From Octopus sinensis (taxonomy: Eukaryota), in contig NC_043014.1 of NCBI RefSeq assembly GCF_006345805.1, positions 54,126,001 through 54,190,000 of the forward strand: a stretch of DNA of 64,000 nucleotides. Direction: 5' to 3'. Positions 22,683 to 35,092 of this stretch are shown here, one piece after another. The position numbers and the translations under genes are program-made. The number at the start of each line of letters is the position of its first letter. The stretch's first letter is position 1. The notes under the pieces are model-generated. The model was not told where the DNA came from and did not search any database. It was given only the letters and a program-made list of their open reading frames with translations.

Positions 22683-23262
22683 TTTTTTATTCTTTCATTC
22701 GTTTCAGTCATTTGACTGTGGCCATGCTGGAGCACCGCCTTTACTCGAGCAAATCGACCCCAGGATTTATTCTTTGTAAGCCTAGTACTCATTCTGTCGG
22801 TCACTTTTGCCGATGGGATGTAAACACACCAGCATCGGTTGTCAAGCGATAATAGGGAGGACAAACACAGACACACAAACATACACACACAGACACACAC
22901 GCGCGCATACATAATATTTATATATAAATGACGGGCTTCTTTCAGTTTCCGTCCACCGAATCCACTCACATTTATTCTACCGGCTTCTTTCGCTGAACCG
23001 CTAAGTTTCGGAGACATAAACACACCAACATCGGCTGTCAAGCGATGGTGGGGGTACAAACACAGACACAAAAACAAACATACATAAATATATATACATA
23101 TGTATATACACGACGGGCTTCTTTCAGTTTCCGTCTACCAAATCCACTGACAAGGCTTTGATCAGCCCGGGGCTATAGTAGAAGACACTTGCCCAAGGTG
23201 CCACGCAGTGGGACTGAACCCTGAACTATGTGGTTGGTAAGCAAGTTTCTTACCACACAGCA
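22683..23262 (-). mobile_element. SINE family A with duplicated middle segment
   Basis: Two successive gaaccgctaag/aaacacaccagcatcgg...gacgggcttctttcagtttccgtc blocks. Confidence 0.9.
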
Positions 23263-23739
23263 ATGTAGATAAATTCGCACAAATCTTCTGTGGACACCGG
23301 TTGAGAGAATTAATGCTTTCGACGAAGAAATAAGTTTAAATGTCACAAACTTAATGTCTCGCTTGGTAAGTCTTCTTCCTTCGTAACATTTTAGCTCTGC
23401 GTGTCCCCTTCTCTCTCTCTCCCTATCCTTACTTATCTGTCTCAGCTCCTCCCCCCTCCCTCTCTCTCTCTCTCTTCAAATAATACCCGAACATCCACCC
23501 CAATACTACCGACATTCTCTCTAAATTTAGCCGACTCGAATATCCTGCGTCCCATCGAAGCCGTTCTGCTCTCTTTCTGGCCAATGAAAACACAAATGAT
23601 TCAGTCTTCTGGTCCCGCTCTGTCCGGACTCGGTAAAAGAAAGGGGGGTGGAGGGGTGGCGGGAGTCCTTTATGGAGGGGGGGGGAAGTGGGGAGGAGAG
23701 TGGAAAGGAAGAGAAAATTTTGAGGTGGGGGGGAGGTAT

Positions 23740-24400
23740 ATGTGTGTCAAATGTGGTGTGTGTATGTATGCATGTATGTGTGTATATGTATGTATGTGTG
23801 TGTATATATATATATATGTGTGTGTGCGCGTGTGTGTATGTATGTATGTATGTATGTATGTATGTATGTATGTATGTATGGTATGTATGTATGTATGTGT
23901 GTCTATGTATGTATGTATGTATGTATGTATGTGTGTCTATGTATGTATGTATGCATGTGTGTGTGTGTGCGCGTGTACTCAGAGAAAGGAAAAAAATCGA
24001 GAAAGAATGCAGACAAATAAACTGAGTGACACGAACGGAGCGAAGAGAAAATATATATCGAGAGAGAGAGAGAAGAAATGAAGAAGAAGAAGAAGGCAGG
24101 ATCGAGAGAGAGGCAGAAAGAGAGAGAGAGAGCACGGAAGAAGAAAGAAAGAAGAAATAAGAATCCTGCACACACAGACACACACATATATATACATAGA
24201 GGAGAAGGAAAGACAGCGGGTGGCGGGAGACATGAGAAGATAGATAGAGAGAGAGAGAGAGATGGAGATGGAGAGAGAAGAAAAAATGAGAGAAAGAAGA
24301 AAAAGTGGGAAGGGGGGGATATGAAAATAAAACAGACAGGAAAGAGTTGAAGAGAGAGAGGGGGGCAGCGTAAGTCCCACCGCCACCGCCGTATTTCCTT
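23740..24400. repeat. (TATG)n, (TG)n and (GA)n compound microsatellite
   Basis: Directly visible. Confidence 0.95.
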
Positions 24401-24765
24401 TTGCCTCCTCCTCCTCCCCTTCACAGAGTTGATTGTTGTCTCTCCTCGCAAAGTAGAAGCCGAAGACCATTTCTAGTGATTAATATCTAGTTTATCTCTT
24501 CTGGATACCACAACACTCACCACTCGCTCCTTATTTATATAATTCATCTTCTCTCCCTATAATATATATATATTTGAACCTTTGCTCGTCGACTGGGGCT
24601 TTCAATCTCTTGGTAAGTGTCCTTTTTTAATTATTGATCCCATTTCTAAACTTTAAAGTCGCTCCACTTTAAAGGCCGACACGCAGATGCTTAATATAAC
24701 GTGAATGTTAGTATAAATTATAATAGACTTACGTCTCTATCGTAATAATAACTAGAAGTCGGGTT

Positions 24766-24796
<31 letters not shown>

Positions 24797-24831
24797 TCTC
24801 TTGGGTAGTTATTAAAATATGTTGGCGTAAA

Positions 24832-24943
24832 ATGATCAGATTTGACTTTGAGAAAGAAGAAGGGTTAGAAAAGTCTGTTGAGGTCCTTGACCATGCCATC
24901 AGAAAAATAAACGGAAACCTGAGAAGTGACAAACAAACAACTG
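24832..24943 (+). CDS. Candidate coding exon (MIRFDFEKEEGLEKSVEVLDHAIRKINGNLRSDKQTT), product unknown
   Basis: Acceptor (CT)n-ttgggtag at 24808, ATG 24832, weak donor G|GTGATT at 24944 (phase 1); upstream strong donor TTG|GTAAGT at 24613 would define a 196-bp intron. Confidence 0.35.
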
Positions 24944-25104
24944 GTGATTTTTATGCTACTAACATAGATTTTAGTTTTTCCGCGCCCGCACACTCACACA
25001 CATTAAATTTAATTACTGTTTTAATTCGTCCCAAAACAAACGATCTTTCGTTTTGCGGTTACAAACTCAAAAGAAAACTCAAACGTGAATGTTATTAAAT
25101 TTTC

Positions 25105-25210
25105 GGCGAAGGTAAAGAATACGCACACCATTCGTTTTCGGCGTTTAGGATTAGGGTTAGGATTAGGATTACGCCGAAAACGGGTGGTGTGCGTATTCTT
25201 TACCTCCGCC
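25105..25210. mobile_element. Hairpin MITE with 40-bp arms around a TTAGG(A/G) loop
   Basis: ggcgaaggtaaagaatacgcacaccattcgttttcggcgt / acgccgaaaacgggtggtgtgcgtattctttacctccgcc; loop ttaggattagggttaggattaggatt. Confidence 0.85.
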
Positions 25211-25785
25211 CAGTTTTCTACCAAGAAACAAACCGTAATCTTATAAAGTATAGAATTATATATTTTTTAAAAGATTGGATAAGGATGGCATTGTTTGACC
25301 CAATATAATGGTGATTCCACCAGACTCGCCCAGCGATGATGGAACCAGAATTCCTGTGAGGAAACGATATATGTTTACATCAGGAAACTCTTAGAAAGTA
25401 TCTGGTGTCATTCGCTGGGATTCATTTTTCATTCGTTTCATGCTAAAACTTTCGCTAAGCCTCATTCGCTCCGAGTTTCTTGTTCCTCTTTGGATGAGAG
25501 GCAGAGGAATTTGCTTTTCCCTTTCTCGGTTGAGGCCTTATGTTTATTATGAAACCTGTTAGGGGTTATATTTGCGCTACACTACAACCCGTGTTGCTAT
25601 TATCAACAATGCCTGTGTCTTTGTACTTCCTGATACTGTTATCAAATACAAAGGTAAACGACCCGACAAAGCTTCTACACGATCCCTCGATCTGCTAGAT
25701 GTAGCAACCAAGTCTCCCACAGTCACACGTTATTATCGCAAAAGGAGGGACATGCTGAACGAAGCAGTCCTAAATAGACTCTATT

Positions 25786-26120
25786 CAGGGCCGTCTTAAC
25801 ACCAGAGTCTTCGAGGCCATGCACTGCGGTTTCTAATATTCATTTATTGACAGTAAACCACATTATATATGGAATTAATATCGAGCCCCCAGACGTGTGG
25901 GCAGGGCTGCCTTTGGGGCATCATAGGCCCCCAGGAAAATCAATGCACTGAGCCCTAAAGTATTTATCGATAGCAAGCCACAACATGCAATATATCAGAA
26001 TTGGATCCCTAGATCCGTGAGGTCCTCGGGTAACCGTCCAGTGTGGTTATGCCTTAAGACAGCACTGCCTGCGGGGACCCGGGCATCTACATTGTGTACC
26101 CAAGCCTTAAGATAGCAATG
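25786..26120. mobile_element. hAT-like MITE (composite)
   Basis: Ends cagggccgtcttaa / ttaagatagcaatg; 8-bp TSD actctatt / actatatt (7/8); extra internal end ttaagacagcactg near 26054. Confidence 0.6.
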
Positions 26121-29089
26121 ACTATATTTGAATGAAAAAAAAAAACGGGTTGGTCATTGTCAGAACGCTTTTAATCATGTCGGCTCTGTAAGGACCGATC
26201 TGGAGTTAAACGTCTGTATTGCCGTGGTTGTTGCTATCCCCAGGTCAGCCATGTGATTGAGTATATCTATGATTAAAGGCATTGACCGTTCGGTTTTTTA
26301 GGGATATCTAGGACTACAATGTCTCGTGTGACCTCTTGATGACAGTAGGGATGTGAAGAAGGAGTTTGGCTGCTATATCTGGCCGGCCCTTCTTTGGGTT
26401 AGCCGTGATTGAGAACCTATTAGAAATAACAATTGGATGTGCTCACACCCAGCCGTCGAAAATTAGAAACCTACATGTTCTTAGAAAGGACGGTGGTCAC
26501 TGTTGGAAGGCTTTTTTGATCAAAGATCCTGTGGACATCAAGGGATAGAACGTTAATCAGCAACAACAATATTTAACCAAATGTTGTTGCATGAAATTCT
26601 TATCCCTGATTCAATCACAAATTCGAGACTTTGCCTGTTAAACGCTGTGAAGTTTGTGCTCCGTTGAGGAATCCCGACCGAAACCTGCCCGGGTTTCTCA
26701 AACTAATTCTGTCTTTACATTGCTGCATTAATATTCCTAATTACATCTGTGATATTAACTTCATTATGTTAACAATAACATAGGAAAGAAGAAATGTTAG
26801 TCCACATGGAGAAGAGCTCGGACCAAAGGCATTCTAGCCATGACTATCACGCCTTTTTAGTTATATAAGAGATGACTTTGTCCAATACGATCGTGATAGA
26901 TCTGCCCTTAATAGGTGGAGCAACCACATAAGGGAGTCGATAGGGGGAATGTGTAACATTTCGTGAACCCCTTTATAACATCGAATGCTGAAAATTTCCC
27001 GTGGAGCAGAGTAAGCGAACCGATTTCGATATCCAGTTAACGCCGCGTTTAAATGGTATTGTCAGGATTTGTATTCGAGTGTTTCGCTTTTAACAATGTC
27101 GACTCAGTCGAAGACATAAATCGAAACTGCTTAATCCTGTGAAACAATGTTAGGAGTGAAAATCGACGGAGTTCTGGATCGAAACAGAATGACATTTATA
27201 AAGCGTGAAATGTCCACGAGTTGTACAAGTTTACCTAAGCTGTGTGATATGGGAGAGGTTTACAAAGGGTGACAGCGAACAAAATCTTATTTCTTATCAC
27301 TTCAAACATGTGGACCTCTGCGTATATAAATAAATAATTCTTTTTTTTAACCTTTCGAACCAACTCGACCCACTAGAATTAGCAGTCAATTTTCTATGAA
27401 CTCGCGTCCTTTCATCTTAAACTAGTAAAGCGACATCTGGCCAACGGGGAAGTTTTTATGTGGTCTCTCGTTCTGCTAGAAATCGCAGCTAAATAACTCT
27501 CAAGTCACACCCATTATTATTTTTTTAAAGAAACAAATGGAATAAAGTATCTCAAATAACAAATACACTGTCTAAAAAAAAGAAACAAGACGGAATGGTC
27601 ACAGTTGGAATGCCGTTGGTCATAGACCTGCTTGGTCAGGGTTGGGCTGTGTGGCTCAACAAAAAGACTCGTTACATAATCACCGAAATCAACTTTATGT
27701 CTGAGTAACAAGTCAAGATTGCACGTGATTTGTTTTCCTAACCATTTGAATAAATATTTAAACTTGTAAATAATTAAATTATAATTTGATTAGTGAAGAC
27801 AATTAGTAGAAAGAGGGAATTAACGATCTGAAAAAGACTGGCCACATTCTGTGGAATTTTGGCAGCTCTTTCAGTGTGGCTTGTTTTCGCTTCTTTTCAT
27901 CATTCCGGAAGGAAATGAAAAGGCAACTTTTTTTTCTTTCAAGTAATGAAACAAAAATCCACCACAAAAAAAAAAAACATATTTTTAATGTTAAGTGCAA
28001 AGAAAAAAAGACAAATTAAAGAAAACAAAAGCTCGATTCTGTTAGGTCCCAGGACGGTCGCAGTGAGCAAAACTTCTTTATTTCTTTTATTGTGAAAGGA
28101 CGTGATTTGATGTGATTTATTTCTAGCAGATCGAACGACCGCGTTGAGGCTCCGTCTTCGATTCGATCGAGTTTGCGTGATTGTGTGAACTGTAATGAAA
28201 TATCTTTGAAAAAAAACAGTCTTGTTGACTCATTTTAATAATGTAAATAACGAAAGTGTTGGTGAAGACTGGAGACAGCTTTTCTGTACGAGAAAATGTT
28301 GAAAGCTTTGTGAAAACTGTTTGCGGACGGAATTGATTAGATTTCAGTTTCGGAACTGGACGTTTAGCTAATAAAATCTATCTTCACTCGCACAGAAAAT
28401 TGAGAAATATGTCGACACCCCAACCCACCCGATTCATTTCCATCACCGCTGATTGTGAACTGTGCACATTTGGGTTTATTTATATACACTCACTGGGGTG
28501 TTAAGTCGGACAGGAGGGTGACGATCGGTTGCTCATTATTGTGAACCGGAATGACAGCTCGAAGCCTTTCATCCGTTATTCCTCGCTAACGAGGCGTTGA
28601 GGTTGTCTCTTTTGTGGCCGGTCATCATACTAGAAACTACAGCACAACTCCTACAAACCACACCCTACCGACTTCAGAAAAGAAGGACACATTGCCTACA
28701 TAAAGAGATGGGGTGGATGCAATGCCTTGATTATTACAGGTCATGCTCAACTAAGAAGGCAAAACCTGGGGATAAGCTACAAACTATGTTGAAGGGTTGA
28801 ACCAACAACAGAGCCTTTATGTGGTAGTTCAACATGCTAGAAACAATAGCCAAATCTCCTTCAGATTACGCCTTGCTGCCTTAAAAAGGAAAGGACAATT
28901 TAGATTGTGTAGTCCTAGGTATATAATCTCGGCAACCCTTCGGTATTGGTCTCCAGAGTGTCGTTGTGAGGAGACGATGTCATTCGCCCTGTTTTTCAGT
29001 CTAGCCTCTTTATCTGTCACGAAGGGAAGCTGTGTGGGTGATTGACGTCGTGTACCAATACCGAAAGATTGCTGTTTCTGACACAGGCA

Positions 29090-29215
29090 CAATGTCTGAA
29101 AAGGCGAAATTGACGTCGGCGGGATTTGAACTCAAAACGTAAAGAGATTTCTTCCACGCTCTCCGGATTCCGTCAATCCATCGCCAGATCGCTTTTAATA
29201 AACCTATGCTGCAAT
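29090..29215 (-). mobile_element. SINE family B, partial
   Basis: aaaggcgaaattgacgtcggcgggatttgaactcaaaacgtaaag. Confidence 0.7.
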
Positions 29216-29519
29216 ACACAGGGATTCCGATCGGTCCTGCAATGTTTCAATCCCTTGCTTCTCATACCTTCCTCAAATGCCTACACCTATCTATATAATT
29301 CCATCAACTTCTGTTTCGTCGTGTAGACATGCTGTGTATTTTCTGAATAGTTCTCTGCATTTCCCATAGAATAGAGTCAGAAATTATCCAACACACCAAA
29401 AACCCGTCATTTGTTCGGAAAATGTTTTAAGTATCTTACATTTCAAATCTGTTTTAAGGGGGAAATAATAGTTAGCAATTTTGGACCCACCCTTTTTTTT
29501 TATTCGCTTTTATTACATA

Positions 29520-29906
29520 CTAGCAGTATCGCCCGGCGTTGCTCGGGTTTGTAAGGGAAATAACTATAAAGCATTTTTAGGGAGTTATAGCCAAAAAATA
29601 GCAAAAAATGCATTAAAAATGGAAAAAAAATTATGGTAAATTTTTTTTTAAATCGTTGACTCATCGTAGACATTTTTAGAGAGTTACTTCCCTTATATAA
29701 TAGCGAAAAATGCATTAAAATGGGAAAAATTGATGGTAAATTTTTTTTTTAATCGTAGACGCGCTCTAATACCCAGAAGGGCTCGATATGAATCACGACT
29801 ATAAGATACCCGGTTTTGGTTAAACTGCACCGCAAAATGTGGGAGTAGTTAGGAATCTAAATCGTAGGAGACAGACAGCACACAACTTGACTTTTATATA
29901 TAAAGA
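29520..29906 (-). mobile_element. Non-autonomous Helitron H1, full length
   Basis: ctagcagtatcgcccggcgttgctcggg ... cttttatatataaaga(t): reverse complement of the 2808 copy without the captured fragment. Confidence 0.9.
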
Positions 29907-31883
29907 TGTGTTTGGCATAATTTTGAAGAAGCATAATCTCAGAGGTTAAAATCTTTAAATCTGAGAAAAAAAATTTTCAAAAGAATGTAAAAACTAAAAG
30001 ATCACAGAAAAGCGGGAGAAACCCTGACATTTTTGTTTTTGTGCAAAAAACATAGCAGAAGGTAAGGCTGTTTTAGCCAGCAAGATAGTTTGTTTAGCAA
30101 TGTCCCTTATCTTCTCATTCTGACACATCTGACTGACTTCTTTGTCTTTTAATTAATTCAGTCTTGACCCTTTCTGACCTCTCCCCGAAAATACCTGAAA
30201 TATTACCACCACCACCACCACTACTACTACTAAATACCTGAAATACTACCACCGCCACCACCACCGACGTCGTATCGTCTTCCCTCTCCTCCAGACATCG
30301 AGATATTTATAAGATATTTATAAGAGTTTGTGTAATGTCAGGGATATTGTTTGTCACTGTTGTTGTTCTTGTTACGATGTTGGTGGTAGCATTTATTGTA
30401 ATGGTGGTGGTGAAAGGACGAGGGTAGTCGCGGGTGGATTTCACATTTCTGGAACCATTTCATTGCACCTAACGTCGTTCACGGTCTTCGAAAGTATTTC
30501 AATGTCACAACCTCCCATTTTCCAATTTATTATAAATCTCGGTCCTTCTGTTTGAATAAAAACGTTTATTTATTACAACGACCCCCCAAAAAAAAACCGT
30601 TTCCCTTCCTATGTCCCTCAGTAGAAGAAAAATCAATGTTGCGTCCAGGTTGACGAAAATCACACACCACTCCTAAGTTGTCTCCCCTGTCTTTTTTGAC
30701 CATAGTTATTTCAGATTATGATGTTTTCTTTTCGTTATTCTTGATTCGTTCTCTGTATTGAATATGTTAAAACTGAATTTACAAGTTCTTTGTTGAGGCT
30801 ACAAACCGGTTTCAGTGCTACAGCGTAAAGCATTAGCTCGGTACGTGACCGCAAACACACACACACAAAATGTTGTTACATAATCAAGACCAAAAGCTTG
30901 TATTGCGGCACCTGTGTGTTTGTTGTGAGTTTCTCAGGTGAGTTAGAAAATGCCAGGAGATTTAGAATGCTTGAATGTTTTTAATACACTGCATCGTTTC
31001 ATCCGTATTCATTTACGACAAAGTGCTGAGTAAATATCCTGAATGTTGATGCTCCTTGTGTGTGTCTCAAGTTTGGTTGAATTTATTGTTGACAGCAGAG
31101 AGACACAGATGCATTGGTGAAGTGAGAGGGATGGACAGCTAGAAATGGCATGTTACATAATTTCTGATTCTGTTCTACAGAAGCAATAAGTCGGGAAACA
31201 GCAACAGCGGAATAAAGAGAGCTCAAACGATCTTTCCAATGTCTTCACATTCTACAACAGAATGCCGTCTAACAGACGCCAACATCCTGTCTACTCCACC
31301 ACATGGAGCATACAGTGAAATACCTTATGTCGCTAAGATAACTAAAAACCCACGTCACCAACGGTGGCCTAAGTATTCTCACCTTGAAACCATTTTAAAT
31401 ATCTTTTCAATTCTGTAAACTTCCATTCTAAAGTCTTACATGAAGTCAGGGTATCAAAATCATTTCACCAACTTCAAACAATGGTTGGTCCTGTGTATGC
31501 TACAAACAGGGGAGCATGTTTTGGGTGAGAAACATTACAAAATTATAATCAATGTAACAATCAAAGTAACAATGGTGGAAGCAGTTAATTCAAAACACCA
31601 AAACTGTAAAACCTCTTTGCAGTTCTGCTAAAAACATATGGCCATAGATACACGCAGATGCGGGTGCACTTGCAAAAATTACTTAGGCTCAGTTTAAGGG
31701 GACCACCTTCTAGCTAAAGGTATCATAGGCATAGCTGCATAACTTAATTTTCCTAATACACAAGCGCATCCTTTCCCCTCAAAGTCTGAACTTCAGAGTG
31801 TTAGAACATGCTAAGGTTCTTATCCGTTATTTGTAAGAAATAATACGACAAAGTCCGTAATCTTTTATTAACTTTATAACATA

Positions 31884-32253
31884 CTAGCACTATGACCGGG
31901 CAACGCCGGGTCACAGTGCTAGTGCATGCATATACAGCTGCGTGCATGCGCACATACACGAGAGTACTGTCCAAATCTCCGACCAATCACATACAGCTTG
32001 CTGGCATTCAATTGGCGTATCAAGTTTCGGGCATTTTGATTGGGTTTTGCATAGAAAATTCACAAAAAAGTCACTTCTATTGATCTTTTAATGGCTTTGC
32101 GGGGTGACTGGGGAAATGTAAAGATGTGCACGATCACCCTTGGATGGTTTTGAATGACCATAGAAAGTGCGAGCCCTCTAACTGAAAAATTGTGGATTTG
32201 TATAAAGGATACACACACACAGACAGACATTTTGCCGTTTATATAAATAGAGA
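31884..32253 (-). mobile_element. Non-autonomous Helitron, family H2
   Basis: Minus strand A|TCTCTATTTATATAAA 5' end; 3' end ctagcactgtgacccggcgttgcccggtcatagtgCTAG|T. Confidence 0.75.
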
Positions 32254-32747
32254 TTCCGGATTTCAGGAATAAGTCATTTTCAATCCCGGAATCCGTGGAT
32301 AAGCAAAATGTCTATAAAACTATGATACCTACTGACTTGTAACCTAGGAATTCTATTACGACAGAAGGCACACAGCATATCCACTGGACCTTTGGTAATG
32401 ACACACAGAGCTCGGCTTAGACTGAGCTCTGATATGAGTATATTCGTTTGTTCATACCTGAATGTAGACGTTCCCTTCGGGGTGGGATGTCAATGCTGTT
32501 GTTATACCCTAGCTTACAGGATATGTACCCATGCATTGCTTTTTGCTGGTACACAGCCTGCTTCTATGTAGGCCAGTCCAGCCTCCTTTGAGTCACAGGA
32601 GACAGTTGTATTCTCAGAGAACCTGCACAGTAGTTCTTCTCCAACTCTGAAGATATTGTTGCTCTCACTTTTGAATATGCATGAAATGGACACATCTTTT
32701 TCTTTACTGTTCAGCAGGTGTTGTGCGAGTGATACAAGGCAACATTC

Positions 32748-33137
32748 GTGGAGGCGCAATGGCCCAGTGGTTAGGGCAGCGGACTCGCGGTCATAGGATC
32801 GCGGTTTCGATTCCCAGACCGGGCATTGTGAGTGTTTATTGAGCGAAAACACCTAAAGCTCCACGAGGCTCCGGCAGGGGATGGTGGTGATCCCTGCTGT
32901 ACTCTTTTACCACAACTTTCTCTCACTCTTACTTCCTGTTTCTGTTGTACCTGTATTTCAAAGGGCCGGCCTTGTCACTCTCTGTGTCACGCTGAATATC
33001 TCCAAGAACTACGTTAAGGGTACATGTGTCTGTGGAGTGCTCAGCAACTTACACGTTAATTTCACGAGCAGGCTGTTCCGTTGATTCGGATCAACCGGAA
33101 CCATCGTCGTCGTAACCGACGGAGTGCTTCCTCCTCC
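32748..33137 (+). mobile_element. SINE family C (tRNA-Arg-like head), full length, 15-bp TSD
   Basis: ggcgcaatggcccagtggttagggcagcggactcgcggtc...ggtttcgattccc; TSD tacaaggcaacattc at 32733-32747 and 33138-33152. Confidence 0.92.
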
Positions 33138-34583
33138 TACAAGGCAACATTCAAAGGCTGTTTGAACAGACCTCGTTCCCCTACCACCATCACCATAGAT
33201 CTATTGGTGTTGCCGGTGGTGGTCAGTACCTTTCTGGTTTGGATATCCGACCTGCGGACTTCGTTGAGTGCCCAGTTCAATATCTCAAACATTGGTACCA
33301 GTACTGGCATTGCAAAACCATTGAGATATGATCTTGTTAAAAAAAAAAAAAGGCAGATAGCTCTGAGATCCATGTTTTTGGAAATCTACAGAAGAGAGAG
33401 AAAGTGTGTGTGTGTGTGTATGTGGTCTAGAGTTAGACGTTTGAAACTCTTATATAACCTAGGTATCGAAACTCTTATATAACCTAGGTATCGACATTCG
33501 TCTTGGTCTTATATAACTTAATGAATAATTGATCTTCCCACGTCAATCCCTCACTACATATTCGAAGAGAATGTCACAAAACAATTAAACCTTTATCTCC
33601 GACAGTTTCTACACCCACCCCCTCCCCCGGGTCACGCCCACCCCAGCAGCTTACAAAAAACTTTCAAAAGCTGGAAAGAATGTCGTCGCACTTTTAATGT
33701 TTTATTCAACATGTCGTGCATGGGACGGGCTCACTGCATTATTTCGTAAGCTTGGAATGTGTCATCGATCAGTGTTATGTAACAACAGAACTAGTAGCTT
33801 TTATACAGCAGCAAAACAGTTGAAGTATTTCATGGTGTAAGACATCTGTCAAAAAAAAAAAAAAAAAGGAAAAGTCTAAGAGAGAACAAGGGTGATATGT
33901 ATGTTCAGAACAACTATAATGGTGATCATGATAATGATGATCACCATGAGATGTCTTAACAGATGTCTACTTCACCACTTAATTCTGATCTAGTCTACAA
34001 CAAGGAATTTGACTCTTCCAATTATTCAATATTCCTTTCCCACTCACCCCATTCTTCTGGTTCTTCTTTGTTCAAGTTTTTCTGTCTTTGAAAATAATGG
34101 TTTCAACAAAAACAAACAAAAAAAAAAAAGGAAAAGAATGAGAGAAGGCAAAACTACCAATATGTTTATGGGTGTTTGCTTTCAACCTTTATAAACTCTC
34201 AGGTTGTCTTTCACTGTCAGGCCAATAATTGTGCCAAGTCACAGCACAGGCTGTTATGTAAGCTTCGATATTCCTCTTATATAACTTAAACAGTTTATCT
34301 TCCAGGGTTCCTACTAAACCTTTTCTTGCACCTTCCCCCTCAGAACCTCGTCCCTATAAAAATCTTCTACCTGCACATGTTGCTGTTGTTATTTAACCCC
34401 ACTTCCAACAGCGAACATCTCGACTTGAGATTATATAACCAGTGTGTCTGTTCTCCTTTTTGAGACGGAAGGAGATTTGACTGCTGTTTCTAGCCTGTCG
34501 AGCGATCAGCTATAGGGTCCTTCGTTGGCTTGTCTCATCTAGCCATGTTTTCTTTTTTCTATCAACTTGTAATTGTTTTGCCA

Positions 34584-35092
34584 TACCAACACAAGTCTCC
34601 GCCCTTTGACTTTGTTTCCTCATAACTTCAAAAATATGGATATTTTTTTTATGAAATTTTCTACAAATACGCTTCAGATGGGGGTAAATTACTATTATAT
34701 CAAAATTTGCTAAAACAAAAAAGTTTTTCCTATGGGTGGGGAGAGGAATTTCAGAGAATTCACAAGAGTCGGTTTTGTTTCTCATAACTTTCAGAAAATT
34801 GGATATTTTTTTATGAAATTTTCAAATGGTGTAGATTACACTTATATCAGAATTTAATACGCAAAAAATATTTATTAACACACATCACATTGTTTTTCAA
34901 AACTTCAAGTTTCATTTTGTGATGTGCGTCAGAAAGTGTGCAAATCCACCATTTTTCTTTTTTCGTATTAAATTCTGATATAATTTTAATATACCCCATT
35001 TTAAAGTTATTTATAGAAAATATCATTAAAAAATATCCATTTTTCAGAAAGTTATGAGGAAACAAAGTTGGGAGGGGCAGAGTGTGCCGGTG
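34584..35092. mobile_element. MITE-like element with long imperfect TIRs and an internal repeat of the subterminal motif
   Basis: ctttgtttcctcataacttcaaaaatatggatattttt occurs near 34610 and 34775 and inverted near 35025-35067. Confidence 0.7.

Noticed and set aside
32748-32825. tRNA-Arg gene (also other tRNA-like heads)
   Set aside because: No acceptor-stem pairing; continues into a SINE body flanked by a TSD.
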